A stretch of DNA of 64,000 nucleotides from an uncultured delta proteobacterium (GTDB taxonomy: Bacteria; Myxococcota_A; Polyangia; Polyangiales; Polyangiaceae), in contig CAWAIF010000003.1 of assembly GCA_963782055.1 (NCBI GenBank), positions 5,984,001 to 6,048,000 on the forward strand, given 5' to 3'. Position numbers and translations under genes: made by a program. This document shows, piece after piece, positions 1-9,561 of this stretch. A model generated the notes under the pieces. That model was not told the origin of the DNA and searched no databases. It saw only the letters and a list, made by a program, of their open reading frames with translations. Numbering within the stretch: the first letter of the stretch is position 1; the number at the start of each line of letters is the position of its first letter.

Positions 1-439
1 TCTCCAGGCGGATGGTGCGCCGGACGGCGTCGCGCAGGTTGATCTGACCGGCGACGAGGTTGTCCCACGTGGGCGTGGTGGAGTCCTCGAAGTCGGCCAT
101 GTAGACGCGCGCCCCCGAGTTGAGGGCGTTGATGATCATCTTGCGGTCGACCGGGCCGGTGATCTCGACGCGGCGGTCGCGGATGTCGGCGGGGACCGGC
201 GCGCACGTCCACTGGCCCTGGCGCACGTGGCGGGTCTCGGGCAGAAAGTCGAGCGTGGCGCCGGCGTCCAGGGCGGCCTGGCGCTCCACGCGCCGGGCCA
301 GCAGATCCTGGATCGTCGGGCGGAAGGTGCGGGTCAGGTCGGCGACGAAGGCGAGAGCCTCGGGCGTCAGGATCTCATCGAACCCGGCGCGGGCGGGGCC
401 CTGGACCACGACGCCCGGCGGCGGGGAGATGGTGTTCAT
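1..439 (-). CDS. aceB: Malate synthase A (5' part; runs off the left edge)
   Basis: Manual translation of the minus strand: MNTISPPPG...[41 protein letters not shown], the malate synthase A signature. GGAGGAAG SD upstream. Not in the ORF track because the stop is outside the window. Confidence 0.95.
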   Translation of the reverse strand, partial: MNTISPPPGVVVQGPARAGFDEILTPEALAFVADLTRTFRPTIQDLLARRVERQAALDAGATLDFLPETRHVRQGQWTCAPVPADIRDRRVEITGPVDRKMIINALNSGARVYMADFEDSTTPTWDNLVAGQINLRDAVRRTIRLE

Positions 440-519
440 GGGCTTCCTCCTTGCGGCGGCGCGGCTCCTCTCGAGCCTCGCTAGTGCACCGCGTCAACAA
501 CATGCGGTCGCAGACCTCA

Positions 520-625
520 CATTGCAAGGTTCTGCCGCTGAAGGCTGCGAATTGCATGTAACGTGTTGTCAATGACAGCGTGTAGTGTTGTCACATTCGT
601 CAATTTGCGCGAGCCGTGCTAGCCT
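520..625. promoter_or_regulatory. Divergent aceB/ramB control region with candidate operator repeats
   Basis: AT-richer intergenic region. GTGTTGTCA direct repeat at 563-571 and 585-593, TGTCA-A-TGACA palindrome at 567-577, extended -10 TGc-TAGCCT at 617-625. Confidence 0.55.
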
Positions 626-632
626 TGCGTCC

Positions 633-2096
633 ATGCGTTCTCGCAAGTCCTCGACAGAAGGTCCGCGCCTCGGTGCGAAGGTGCGCGCGGTGCGCCGGCG
701 GGAGGGCCTCACCCAGGTCCAGCTCGCCGAGCGGCTGGGCATCTCGCCGAGCTATCTCAACCTCATCGAGAACAACCGCCGCCCCCTGCCGGCGCCGCTG
801 CTCATCAAGCTGGCCCAGCAGCTCAACATCGACCTGCAGACCTTCGCCACCGACGAGGACGCGCGGCTGGTGAGCGATCTCATCGAGGTCTTCGCCGACC
901 CGCTCTTCGAGGAGCAGGGGCTGACCTCCGCCGACGTGCGGGAGATGGCGACCTCCAGCCCGAGCGCGGCGCGGGCGGTCCTCTCCCTGTACCGCGGCTA
1001 CCGCGCGGCGCGGACCGCCGCCGACGACCTGTCGTCGAGGCTGCTCAGCGCCGGGGAGGACCCGGGCGCCGTCGACCGCACGCACGTGCCCTCGGAGGAG
1101 GTGAGCGATCTCATCCAGCGGCACAACAACCACTTCCCCGAGCTGGAGGCGGGCGCCGAGGACCTGCTGCGCCGCGCGAAGCTGAACACCGACGACCTGT
1201 ACGCCGGCCTGGTGCGCTACCTGGAGAAAGAGCACGGCATCCGCGTGGAGATCGCCCGCACCGAGGCGGAGCGCGGCACGCTGCGGCGCTACGACGCCGA
1301 GCGCAAGGTGCTGACCCTGTCCGAGCTGCTGCCGACGCGCAGCCGCAGCTTCCAGCTCGCGTACCAGATCGGCATGCTCACGCAGCACCCTCGGCTGGAG
1401 TCCATCGCGCACGACCCGTACGTGACGACCACCGAGTCGCAGACGCTCGCGCGCGTGGCGCTGGCCAACTACTTCGCCGGCGCGGTGCTCATGCCTTACG
1501 AGCCGTTCCTGCGCGCGGCGCGCGAGGAGCGCTACGACATCGACGTCATCGGCCGGCGCTTCCGCGTCGGCTTCGAGCAGGTGTGCCACCGCCTGACGAC
1601 GCTGCGCCGGCCGAACGCGGAGGGCATCCCCTTCCACATGATCCGCATCGACGTGGCGGGCAACATCTCCAAGCGCTTCAGCGCCTCGGGCATCCGCATC
1701 GCGCGCTTCTCCGGCGCGTGCCCGCGGTGGAACATCTTCGCCGCGTTCCTCACGCCGGGGATGGTGCGCATCCAGGTCTCGCGGATGCCCGACGGCCACG
1801 CTTACTTCTGCATCGCGCGCACGATCCAGAAGGACTCCGGCGGCTACCACGCGCAGCAGCCGGTGATGGCGCTCGGCCTGGGGTGCAAGCTGGAGCGTGG
1901 GCGGGAGATGATCTACGCCGACGGCATGGACCTGGACAACCCGGGCATCGTCACGCCGGTGGGGGTGACCTGCCGCCTGTGCGAGCGCACCGACTGCGAT
2001 CAGCGAGCCTTCCCGTCCCTGCGCCAGCCGCTCGTCGTCGACGAGAACGTGCGGGGCACGTCCCTCTACTCCGCCGTGCCTCCCGCGACCGGCTGA
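633..2096 (+). CDS. ramB: XRE-family short-chain fatty acyl-CoA regulator (ScfR/RamB/PrpR type)
   Basis: N-terminal HTH (LTQVQLAERLGISPSYLNLIENNRRP), central ImmA/IrrE-like region, C-terminal CRLCERTDCDQRAFP. Divergent from aceB. Confidence 0.9.
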   Translation: MRSRKSSTEGPRLGAKVRAVRRREGLTQVQLAERLGISPSYLNLIENNRRPLPAPLLIKLAQQLNIDLQTFATDEDARLVSDLIEVFADPLFEEQGLTSADVREMATSSPSAARAVLSLYRGYRAARTAADDLSSRLLSAGEDPGAVDRTHVPSEEVSDLIQRHNNHFPELEAGAEDLLRRAKLNTDDLYAGLVRYLEKEHGIRVEIARTEAERGTLRRYDAERKVLTLSELLPTRSRSFQLAYQIGMLTQHPRLESIAHDPYVTTTESQTLARVALANYFAGAVLMPYEPFLRAAREERYDIDVIGRRFRVGFEQVCHRLTTLRRPNAEGIPFHMIRIDVAGNISKRFSASGIRIARFSGACPRWNIFAAFLTPGMVRIQVSRMPDGHAYFCIARTIQKDSGGYHAQQPVMALGLGCKLERGREMIYADGMDLDNPGIVTPVGVTCRLCERTDCDQRAFPSLRQPLVVDENVRGTSLYSAVPPATG

Positions 2097-2097
2097 C

Positions 2098-4416
2098 TCA
2101 GCTCTTCGGTTCCTGCGACTTCTTCAGCAGATCGCCGAAGGTCCCGAACTTCGCCTCGGCCTTCACCTGCTGCCTGTACGCCTTGTAGGCGTTGCGCTCG
2201 GTGTCTTCCTTCACGGCCTTGATGGAGAGCTTCACCTCGCCGCGGCGCGGGTCGATGTCGATCACCTTGGCGTCGTGCTCGGAGCCGACGGGGAAGCTCT
2301 TGCGCAGCTCGGTCCCGCGCGGGGTGCCGGTGCCGGCGCCGGTGATGTAGCCCCGCGCGCTGCGGCCGGTGGCGCCGAGGACCTTCACGTGCAGGCCGCT
2401 CGGGTCGATCGCGGTCACCTGGACGCGCACGATCTTGTGGAGGGAGACCCTGGTGAAGGGCTGGTCCGGCGACCAGTCCGCGGGGACGGGGTGCAGGCCG
2501 ATGCGGTGCGCCCCGGCGTCGACGTGAGCGACGAGCACGTCGATCTCGTCGCCCACCTTCACGACCTCCGAGGGGTGCTCGATGCGCTTCACCGAGAGGT
2601 CGGCCGTGTGGATGAGGCCATCGATGCCGGTCTCCAGCTCGACGAAGACGCCGAAGGGCTGGATGCGGGCGACGGTGCCCTTGTGGCGCGTGCCCTCGGC
2701 GTACTTCTTCGCCACCTCCGACCACGGGTCGGTGAGGCACGCCTTGTGGGAGAGCCACACCTTGCCCTTGACGTCGATGCGCTGGATGAGGACCTGCACC
2801 GGCTGCCCGGCGGAGAAGACGTCGTGCGGGGTGTCGCCGCGGTTGTGGCTCATCTCGGTCAGCGGGACGAGGCCCTCGATGCCGCCGACGTCGATGAACG
2901 CACCGAAGGGGACGACGCTGCGGACGGTGCCCTCGACGACGTTGCCGACGACGAGCTTGCGAAGCGCCTCCTCGCGGTGGGTCTTGGCCTCCGCCTCGAT
3001 GAGGGACTTGCGCGAGAGGACGATGTCCTTGCCGCGCTTGGCGTACTGCGTGACGAAGAAGGGCAGGCGCTTGCCGATGAGGTAGTGCAGGTCCGCGCCG
3101 TGGCGCATGTCCACGTGCGAGCCGGGCGCGAAGGCGCGCAGGCCGTCGATGTCCACCTCGATGCCGCCCTTGATGACGCCGGTCACCAGGCCGAGGACGG
3201 TGGTCTTCTCGCGGAGCGCCTTGGCGGCGCCGGGCTTGGCGAGGCGCGCGCGGCGCGGGTGGCGGGTGAGCACGACCAGGCCACCCCGGCCGCCGTCGTT
3301 GTGGACGACGCCGACGAAGTTGGCGCCCATCTCCAGCACGACGGGCGGGAGGGTGACCACGACGGGGGCCTCCGCTGGCGTGGCGGCGAGGCTGATGCTC
3401 TCGGCCTTCGTCTCGCTCGGCTCGTCGGACTCCTCGGTGTCGGTATCGGCGTGGGGGGCGGAGCCGGGCGCGGGCGCGGCGCCGGCCTCTGCCGTGGCGG
3501 TCTCCGCCTCGGCGTCGGCGGTGGGAGCGGGGGTGTCGGCGGGAGCAGCCGTCTCGGGCGCGGCCTCCGCCGGCGCGGTGTCCGCGGCCGGCGTGGGGAG
3601 CTGCACGATGCGCGCGGCGCGGCGCGGGAACGGCTCGGTGGCCGGCTCCTCCTCGGTGGGCTCGGCGCTCGCCTCCGCGCCCTCCTCTCCCTCCGCCCGC
3701 GGGGGCGGCGGGGGGAAGTCGTCGTCGTCGTCGATCTCGCTGCCGGGGCCCTGGGCGGGCTCCTCCGGCAGGTCGAGCTCGCGGCGATCGAAGATCGCCT
3801 TGCCCTTGCCGGAGAGATCGACGAACAGGCACTCCTCGGTGATCTCGATGATCTTGCCGAAGACCACGTCGCCCATGCCGAAGGCGGGCCGCTCGCGCGG
3901 GCCTTCCTCGCGACGCCGCTTCTCCTTCTTGCTGCGGCGCTCCTCGCGCTTCTCGCCCTCGCCCTCCGGCGTGGCGGCCGCAGCGGCCTCCTCGCCCTCG
4001 GCGCCCTCGGCGGCCTCGGCACCCTCGGCACCCTGGCCCTCGGCGTGCGGGCCCTTCTTCTTGCGGCGGCGGCGGCGCTTCTTCTTCGGCGCGCCCTCGG
4101 CGCCGGGCGTCGCGCCGCCGGCGGCCTGCGCGGCCTCCCCTGCCGACTCCGGCTTGCCCTCCGCCCCCGGCGCAGCCTGCTCCTGCGCGGCCTGCTCCTG
4201 CGGTGCGGCCTGCTCTGCCGATGCTTGCGACTCCGCGGCTACCGCGCCCTGCTCGGGCGGCGCGGGCGGTGCGGCCGGCTCGGCCGGCGTGGGCGGTGCC
4301 GCCTGAGCGACCGGGGCGGTCGGCTCGGCGGCAGGGATCGGCTCAGGCGGCGCGGCGGGCTGGGGCGCGGTCGCTTCGCTCTCGGGGTTGGGCGGCGGTG
4401 AATCAGGGGACGTCAT
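2098..4416 (-). CDS. Multi-S1-domain RNA-binding protein (ribosomal protein S1 paralog) with long acidic/Pro-Ala disordered segments
   Basis: Repeated S1 motifs (GTVRSVVPFGAFIDVGGIEGLV, GTVARIQPFGVFVELETGIDGLIH) and a C-terminal FGTFGDLLK tail like RpsA. Confidence 0.85.
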   Translation of the reverse strand: MTSPDSPPPNPESEATAPQPAAPPEPIPAAEPTAPVAQAAPPTPAEPAAPPAPPEQGAVAAESQASAEQAAPQEQAAQEQAAPGAEGKPESAGEAAQAAGGATPGAEGAPKKKRRRRRKKKGPHAEGQGAEGAEAAEGAEGEEAAAAATPEGEGEKREERRSKKEKRRREEGPRERPAFGMGDVVFGKIIEITEECLFVDLSGKGKAIFDRRELDLPEEPAQGPGSEIDDDDDFPPPPPRAEGEEGAEASAEPTEEEPATEPFPRRAARIVQLPTPAADTAPAEAAPETAAPADTPAPTADAEAETATAEAGAAPAPGSAPHADTDTEESDEPSETKAESISLAATPAEAPVVVTLPPVVLEMGANFVGVVHNDGGRGGLVVLTRHPRRARLAKPGAAKALREKTTVLGLVTGVIKGGIEVDIDGLRAFAPGSHVDMRHGADLHYLIGKRLPFFVTQYAKRGKDIVLSRKSLIEAEAKTHREEALRKLVVGNVVEGTVRSVVPFGAFIDVGGIEGLVPLTEMSHNRGDTPHDVFSAGQPVQVLIQRIDVKGKVWLSHKACLTDPWSEVAKKYAEGTRHKGTVARIQPFGVFVELETGIDGLIHTADLSVKRIEHPSEVVKVGDEIDVLVAHVDAGAHRIGLHPVPADWSPDQPFTRVSLHKIVRVQVTAIDPSGLHVKVLGATGRSARGYITGAGTGTPRGTELRKSFPVGSEHDAKVIDIDPRRGEVKLSIKAVKEDTERNAYKAYRQQVKAEAKFGTFGDLLKKSQEPKS

Positions 4417-4530
4417 GGTCCGTACTCGCGGATGCGAAGCGGGGTTCGAACGGGGCGCGGAGTCTAGCGAACGCCGGGCCGGGCGTCACGCGGTCAAATC
4501 GGGGGCGGTCCGGGAGGGGTGCGCCCGGAG

Positions 4531-6189
4531 TCAGGCCGCGGCTCGGCCCCTCGGCTTGATGGCGTCGAAGGCCAGGCCGTGGGCGGCCAGCCGGTTCTGG
4601 TAATAAAAGAGGAGGCGGGTGTCCTCCAGGATGATGTCCGTCGCCCCGGCGACGAGGACCGAGCTGGTGTGGTAGCCGGCGAAGGCACGCAGCGCCGCGG
4701 CGACCACGGCGTCGGGCCGCGCCGCCCCCAGCGACGGGGCCAGGACGATCTCCCCGCGCCCCTCCATCACCCGCGCCCTGTCGAGCAGCCGCTCCACGCC
4801 CGCGATGAGCTCGGTGCGTGGCATGCGCACCGCGTCGCGCTGCGCGAGGATGGCGAAGAGATCGCCGCTGCCGACCACGCCGCGCAGGTGCTCGAACGCC
4901 ACCGCCGCCACCACGTGCGTGGGCATCGCCACGGTGTCACGCCGGTACGCCGCGCAGATCGCCTCCCCCAGCTCGCGGGTGTACTGCGCGTCGCGCGCGG
5001 GGTCGCGGTGGGCCTCGCCGTCGTTGCCGACGAGGTAGCCGACCGGATCCACCGGCCGGCCGCGGCCGTCGTGCGAGACGCCGTCGCCGTCCACCTCGTT
5101 GCCGAAGCAGTCGAGCGGGCGGGAGAAGCGGATGACCACGCTGGCGTCCAGGCCCATCAGCTTCTGCGCGAAGGCGACGATGCGCCCGATGCGCGTCGAC
5201 TCGTCGTCGTCGATGATGTAGCGCGCCTTGCCCTCCTCCTGGAGGAAGTCGTCGATGAGGGTCTCCGCCTCGAGCGTCAGCAGGTAGTTGATGGTGGCGG
5301 GGACGAAGAAGACGGGGTGGGTCTTGCCCGATTCGACGCTCCGGCCGTAGGCCTCGATGCCGGTGCCCGCCAGGCCGAGCTTCAGCCTCCGCTCCACCCC
5401 GCCGGAGCGCGACCGCGTGCCGCCCGGGAAGAAGAGGCTGTGGTAGCCGCGCTCGATGAGCAGGGCCGAGTAGGCCTTGAGGACATGCTTGTAGAGCGCA
5501 TGCTTCAGCCTGCGGTCGACGCGGTACGCGCCCAGGTTGTGCATGAAGTAGCTGAGCACGGGGTTGGTGAAGAGGTTCTTGCCCGCGCCGTACGTCGCCG
5601 GCGGCAGCCCGGTGCGCTCCAGGGCGAAGCCGAAGACGACGGAGTCCAGGTTGGACAGGTGCGTCGGCACGAAGACGAGCGTGCCGATCTCGGCGAGACG
5701 CGCGATCTCCTCGGTGGGCCCCTGCACCAGGATGCGGTCGTCCAGCGAGAGCAGGCTGGCCGAGACGTGGTGGTGGGACGCTTCGCCGCGGTGACGAAGG
5801 TCGTCGAGGATGGTGCTCGCCATGCGCGGCAGGTTACGCGCGGCGGCGCGCGGCGAGAGGAGCGCGCCCAGGATGGGGGCCATCGCCTGTGAGGCAAAAC
5901 GGTAGACGCTGGGGTTGAAGTTGCCGGCCACGTCCCACGCGTAGTGCTCGGTGAGCTCCCGTAGCTTCGCCTGCATCTCCTCCGGGCTCATCCGGCCGAG
6001 GTGACCCGCCAGCGAGCGCCAGTCGGCGTACTCGGCCCCGCCGTGGCGGGCCAGGCGGCGGACCTCGTGGAAGGCGGCCTCGTTCAGCGTGAGCTTCACG
6101 TCCCGCGTGTCTTCGAGGACGCGGCGGGTGACCTCCCGCACGATGCCCTCCTTGGCGTCGTTGAACCCGAAGATGGGCGTCTCGTGCAT
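4531..6189 (-). CDS. plsB: Glycerol-3-phosphate acyltransferase (PlsB-like)
   Basis: HX4D motif PTHLSNLD, GAGKNLF, FFPGGTRSRSG. Confidence 0.8.
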   Translation of the reverse strand: MHETPIFGFNDAKEGIVREVTRRVLEDTRDVKLTLNEAAFHEVRRLARHGGAEYADWRSLAGHLGRMSPEEMQAKLRELTEHYAWDVAGNFNPSVYRFASQAMAPILGALLSPRAAARNLPRMASTILDDLRHRGEASHHHVSASLLSLDDRILVQGPTEEIARLAEIGTLVFVPTHLSNLDSVVFGFALERTGLPPATYGAGKNLFTNPVLSYFMHNLGAYRVDRRLKHALYKHVLKAYSALLIERGYHSLFFPGGTRSRSGGVERRLKLGLAGTGIEAYGRSVESGKTHPVFFVPATINYLLTLEAETLIDDFLQEEGKARYIIDDDESTRIGRIVAFAQKLMGLDASVVIRFSRPLDCFGNEVDGDGVSHDGRGRPVDPVGYLVGNDGEAHRDPARDAQYTRELGEAICAAYRRDTVAMPTHVVAAVAFEHLRGVVGSGDLFAILAQRDAVRMPRTELIAGVERLLDRARVMEGRGEIVLAPSLGAARPDAVVAAALRAFAGYHTSSVLVAGATDIILEDTRLLFYYQNRLAAHGLAFDAIKPRGRAAA

Positions 6190-6291
6190 GGGGGGATGCT
6201 ATCCCCGCGGAGCCGCAGGCGGCGGCAAAAGGCGCGCGGATGGCGCGAAGCTGCGACCGCGCCCCCACCCGGCGCGTAGTATAAGGCGCCC

Positions 6292-7077
6292 ATGTCCGAC
6301 GACCTCCAGGCGGAGCTGCTCGCGCTCCTGCTCGCCCCTCGCCCGGACCGCCTGAACGCGGCGGTCACCGAGCAGATGCCGGCGGAGGTGCGTCCGGCCG
6401 CGGCGGCGGTCGCCGAGACGCTGGCCGCGCTCCCGCTCGCGGAGCCCCCCGCCGCCCCCGCGCCCGCGCTGCGCGCCCGGATCCTGGCGACGGTCGCGCA
6501 GCCGGAGTCCGCGCGGCGCGCGCTGGTCGTCATGGACATGATCCGCGACCACCTCGAGCCAGGCAGCGTGCTGGAGGTCCCCCGCGCCCGGACGATCGTC
6601 GAGGCGCTCCGCCGCCGCCTGGACGAGGCGCGCGCCGCGGGCATCCCGGTGGTCTACGTGCTGGACCGCCACGACCCCGCCGACTCCGATTTGAAGGTGT
6701 GGGGGACACACGCGGTGGAGGGCTCGCGCGGCGCGGAGGTGTGGCCGGACCTCGCCCCGCACCAGGGCGATCGCGTCCTGACGAAGCCGAGCTACAGCGG
6801 GTTCTTCCAGTCGGACCTGGAGAAGGTGCTGGACGAGCTGGAGGTGGACACCCTGGTGCTCACCGGCTGCGCGACGGACGTGCAGCTCTTCGTGACGGCG
6901 GCCGACGCGATGCAGCTCGGCTTCGCCGTGGAGGTGCCCGCCGATTCGCAGGCTGGCTTCTCCGCGGACGCCGAGGCGGCCGCCCTGGCGACGATGAGCG
7001 TGCTGGTGCCGTACGGCCCCTCGCGCGACGCCCGGCTGGCGCGGCTGCGGGCCCACGCCGCCGCCCCCTCGCCGTGA
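6292..7077 (+). CDS. Isochorismatase-family cysteine hydrolase with N-terminal extension
   Basis: ALVVMDM, KPSYSGF, LVLTGCATDVQ, AADAMQLGF motifs. Confidence 0.85.
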   Translation: MSDDLQAELLALLLAPRPDRLNAAVTEQMPAEVRPAAAAVAETLAALPLAEPPAAPAPALRARILATVAQPESARRALVVMDMIRDHLEPGSVLEVPRARTIVEALRRRLDEARAAGIPVVYVLDRHDPADSDLKVWGTHAVEGSRGAEVWPDLAPHQGDRVLTKPSYSGFFQSDLEKVLDELEVDTLVLTGCATDVQLFVTAADAMQLGFAVEVPADSQAGFSADAEAAALATMSVLVPYGPSRDARLARLRAHAAAPSP

Positions 7078-7101
7078 CACCGCCCGCCCGCGAGTGACCG
7101 A

Positions 7102-8328
7102 CTACTCCCGGCGCAGAGCCTCGATGGGATCCAGCCGGGAGGCGCGGCGTGCGGGCACGAACCCGAAGACGATGCCGGTGAGCGCGCTCGTGCCGATGCT
7201 CACGGCCAGCGCGGTGGGGCTGATGCTCATCGACCAGCCCAGGACGCTGGCCGCCACCGCGATGAGGCCCTCGCCCACGGCCGCGCCGGCCACGCCGCCG
7301 AGCACCGCCAGCACGATCGCCTCCACCAGAAACTGCGTGCGGATGTCGTGCTCCCGCGCGCCGATGGCCATGCGGATGCCGATCTCGCGCGTGCGCTCGG
7401 CCACGCTCACCAGCATGATGTTCATCACGCCGATGCCCCCGACGACGAGGCTCACCGCGGCGATCCCGACGAGCAGGATGGTCAGCAGGCCGTAGATCGC
7501 CTGCTGGATCGCCGCGAACTCCTTCTGCGTGCGGATGGCGAAGTCCGGCTGGCGCCCCTCCTCGATGTGGTGGCGCTGCCGGAGGATGGAGTCGATCTGC
7601 GCGACGGCGCGGTCCGTGGTGTCGGCGCTCGTCGCCGAGATCATGAGCGCGCCGGCGAAGCCGGGCGGGGTGCGCATGACGCGCGCGCGCATGCTGGAGA
7701 TGGGCATGAGCACGACGTCGTCCTGGTCGCCGCCGAAGGGCGCCTCGCCCTTCTTCGCGAGCAGGCCGATGATCTTGTACGGGTAGCGCCCGATGCGGAT
7801 GGTCTGCCCGACGGGATCCTGATCGCCGAAGAGGTTCTGCCGGACCGTCTCGCCGACGACGCACACCTTGGCCTTGATCGTCTCGTCGTGGGGCTCCCAC
7901 ATCGCGCCGGTCTGCACCTTCCAGTTGCGGACCGTGAGGAAGTCCAGGTTGGAGCCGATGACGCTGGTCGACCAGTTCCTGTCGGCGGAGACGACCTGCG
8001 CGCGCACCCGCAGCACCGGCGCGACCGCGGCGACGCTCACCGCCTCGCGCTTGATGGCGGCGCCGTCGTCCTCCGTCAGGCGTACGCCGGAGCCCTGCGC
8101 GCCCTTCGCCCCGGAGGCGCTCGCGCTCTGCGGGAAGACGATGACGAAGTTGGAGCCGAGCGACTCGATCTGCGCGCCGACCGACGCACGCGCGCCGGAG
8201 CCGAGCGCCGTCACCGTGACGACGGCCGCCACGCCGATGAGGATGCCCAGGATGGTGAGCGACGCGCGCAGCACGTTGCGCCGGATGGCACGCAGGGCGA
8301 GACGCAGCGCTCCGAGGATGGATCCCAT
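7102..8328 (-). CDS. MacB/FtsX-family ABC transporter permease
   Basis: LTILGILIGVAAVV, GGIGVMNIMLVSVAERTREIGIR, ASRLDPIEALRRE. Confidence 0.93.
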   Translation of the reverse strand: MGSILGALRLALRAIRRNVLRASLTILGILIGVAAVVTVTALGSGARASVGAQIESLGSNFVIVFPQSASASGAKGAQGSGVRLTEDDGAAIKREAVSVAAVAPVLRVRAQVVSADRNWSTSVIGSNLDFLTVRNWKVQTGAMWEPHDETIKAKVCVVGETVRQNLFGDQDPVGQTIRIGRYPYKIIGLLAKKGEAPFGGDQDDVVLMPISSMRARVMRTPPGFAGALMISATSADTTDRAVAQIDSILRQRHHIEEGRQPDFAIRTQKEFAAIQQAIYGLLTILLVGIAAVSLVVGGIGVMNIMLVSVAERTREIGIRMAIGAREHDIRTQFLVEAIVLAVLGGVAGAAVGEGLIAVAASVLGWSMSISPTALAVSIGTSALTGIVFGFVPARRASRLDPIEALRRE

Positions 8329-8331
8329 CGC

Positions 8332-9561
8332 TCACTCCACCCGCAGCGCTTCGATGGGATCCAGCTTGGCCGCGCGCCGCGCCGGAAGGTAGCCGAAGAG
8401 CACGCCGATGGCGGCGCTGGTGGTGGCGGCGAAGACGAGCGCGCCGACGCCGGGCGAGACGGGCCAGTCCAGCGCGCGCCCCAGGCCGAAGGTGGCGCCC
8501 ACGCCGAACGCCATGCCCAGCAACCCGCCGAGCAGGCTCAGCACCACCGCCTCCACGAGGAACTGCACCAGGATGTCGCGCTCGCGCGCGCCGATGGACA
8601 GGCGTATGCCGATCTCGCGCGTCCGCTCGGCGACGCTCACCAGCATGATGTTCATCACGCCGATGCCGCCGACGAGCAGGCTGATCGCGGCGACGCCGAG
8701 GAGCAGCGCGGAGAGCGCGCCGGAGATGGCCTCCTCGGCCTGGCGGAACTCCGCCTGGGTGTTGACCTTGAAGTCCGCCTCCTGCCCGGGCTGGATGTGA
8801 TGGCGCTGGCGGAGGATCTCCTCGATCTCCTTCTGCGCGCGCTGGCTGGTGTCCTCCGAGGTGGCGCTGGCGATGAGCATGTCCACCCGGCCCGGCGCCG
8901 TCGGCATGATCCGCGCGCGGAAGCTGCCGATGGGCATGAAGATGCGATCATCCTGATCCTCGCCGAAGGGGGAGCTGCCCCTGGGCGCGAGCACGCCGAG
9001 CACGCGGAAGGGGAACCCCGCCACGCGGATGGTGCGCCCGACCGGGTCCTGCGAGCCGAAGAGGTTCTCCACCACCGTCGGCCCGAGCACGCACACCTTG
9101 GTCTTGAGGAGCTCGTCGGTCTCGGTCCAGAGCTCGCCGCGAGCCATGTCGAACTTGCGGATGGGGAAGTAGTCGAGCGTGACGCCGTAGAGGGTGGTCT
9201 GCGTGTTCTTGTCGCCGTTGATGGCCTGACCCAGGGCGCTGAGGAACGGCGCCACGCCCGCCACGCTCACGGCCTCCCGCGCGATCGCGCGGCCGTCCGC
9301 CTCGGTCAGGCGCACGCCGTTGGTCTGCCGCACGCCCGACTCCTGCGTGGGCTGCGGGAAGACGAAGATGGCGTTGGCGCCGAAGCTGTCGATCTTGCCG
9401 CCGACCTGCTCCGACGCGCTCTTGCCGAGGGCGGTGACGATGATCACCGCCGCCACGCCGATCAGGATGCCGAGCACCGTCAGCGCGGCGCGCGTCTTGT
9501 TGCGGGAGATGGAGACGAGCGCCGACCGGACGGCTCCGAGGAGGACGCCGAGGCCGGTCAC
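8332..9561 (-). CDS. Second MacB/FtsX-family ABC transporter permease
   Basis: Same motifs as its neighbour. GTG start at 9561 overlaps the upstream TGA (GTGA); the N-terminal part of the 762-aa track ORF is spurious. Confidence 0.92.
   Translation of the reverse strand: MTGLGVLLGAVRSALVSISRNKTRAALTVLGILIGVAAVIIVTALGKSASEQVGGKIDSFGANAIFVFPQPTQESGVRQTNGVRLTEADGRAIAREAVSVAGVAPFLSALGQAINGDKNTQTTLYGVTLDYFPIRKFDMARGELWTETDELLKTKVCVLGPTVVENLFGSQDPVGRTIRVAGFPFRVLGVLAPRGSSPFGEDQDDRIFMPIGSFRARIMPTAPGRVDMLIASATSEDTSQRAQKEIEEILRQRHHIQPGQEADFKVNTQAEFRQAEEAISGALSALLLGVAAISLLVGGIGVMNIMLVSVAERTREIGIRLSIGARERDILVQFLVEAVVLSLLGGLLGMAFGVGATFGLGRALDWPVSPGVGALVFAATTSAAIGVLFGYLPARRAAKLDPIEALRVE

Noticed and set aside
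120..575. Short ORFs at 120-575, 227-484 and 375-572
   Set aside because: Antisense or alternative frames of aceB and its promoter region.
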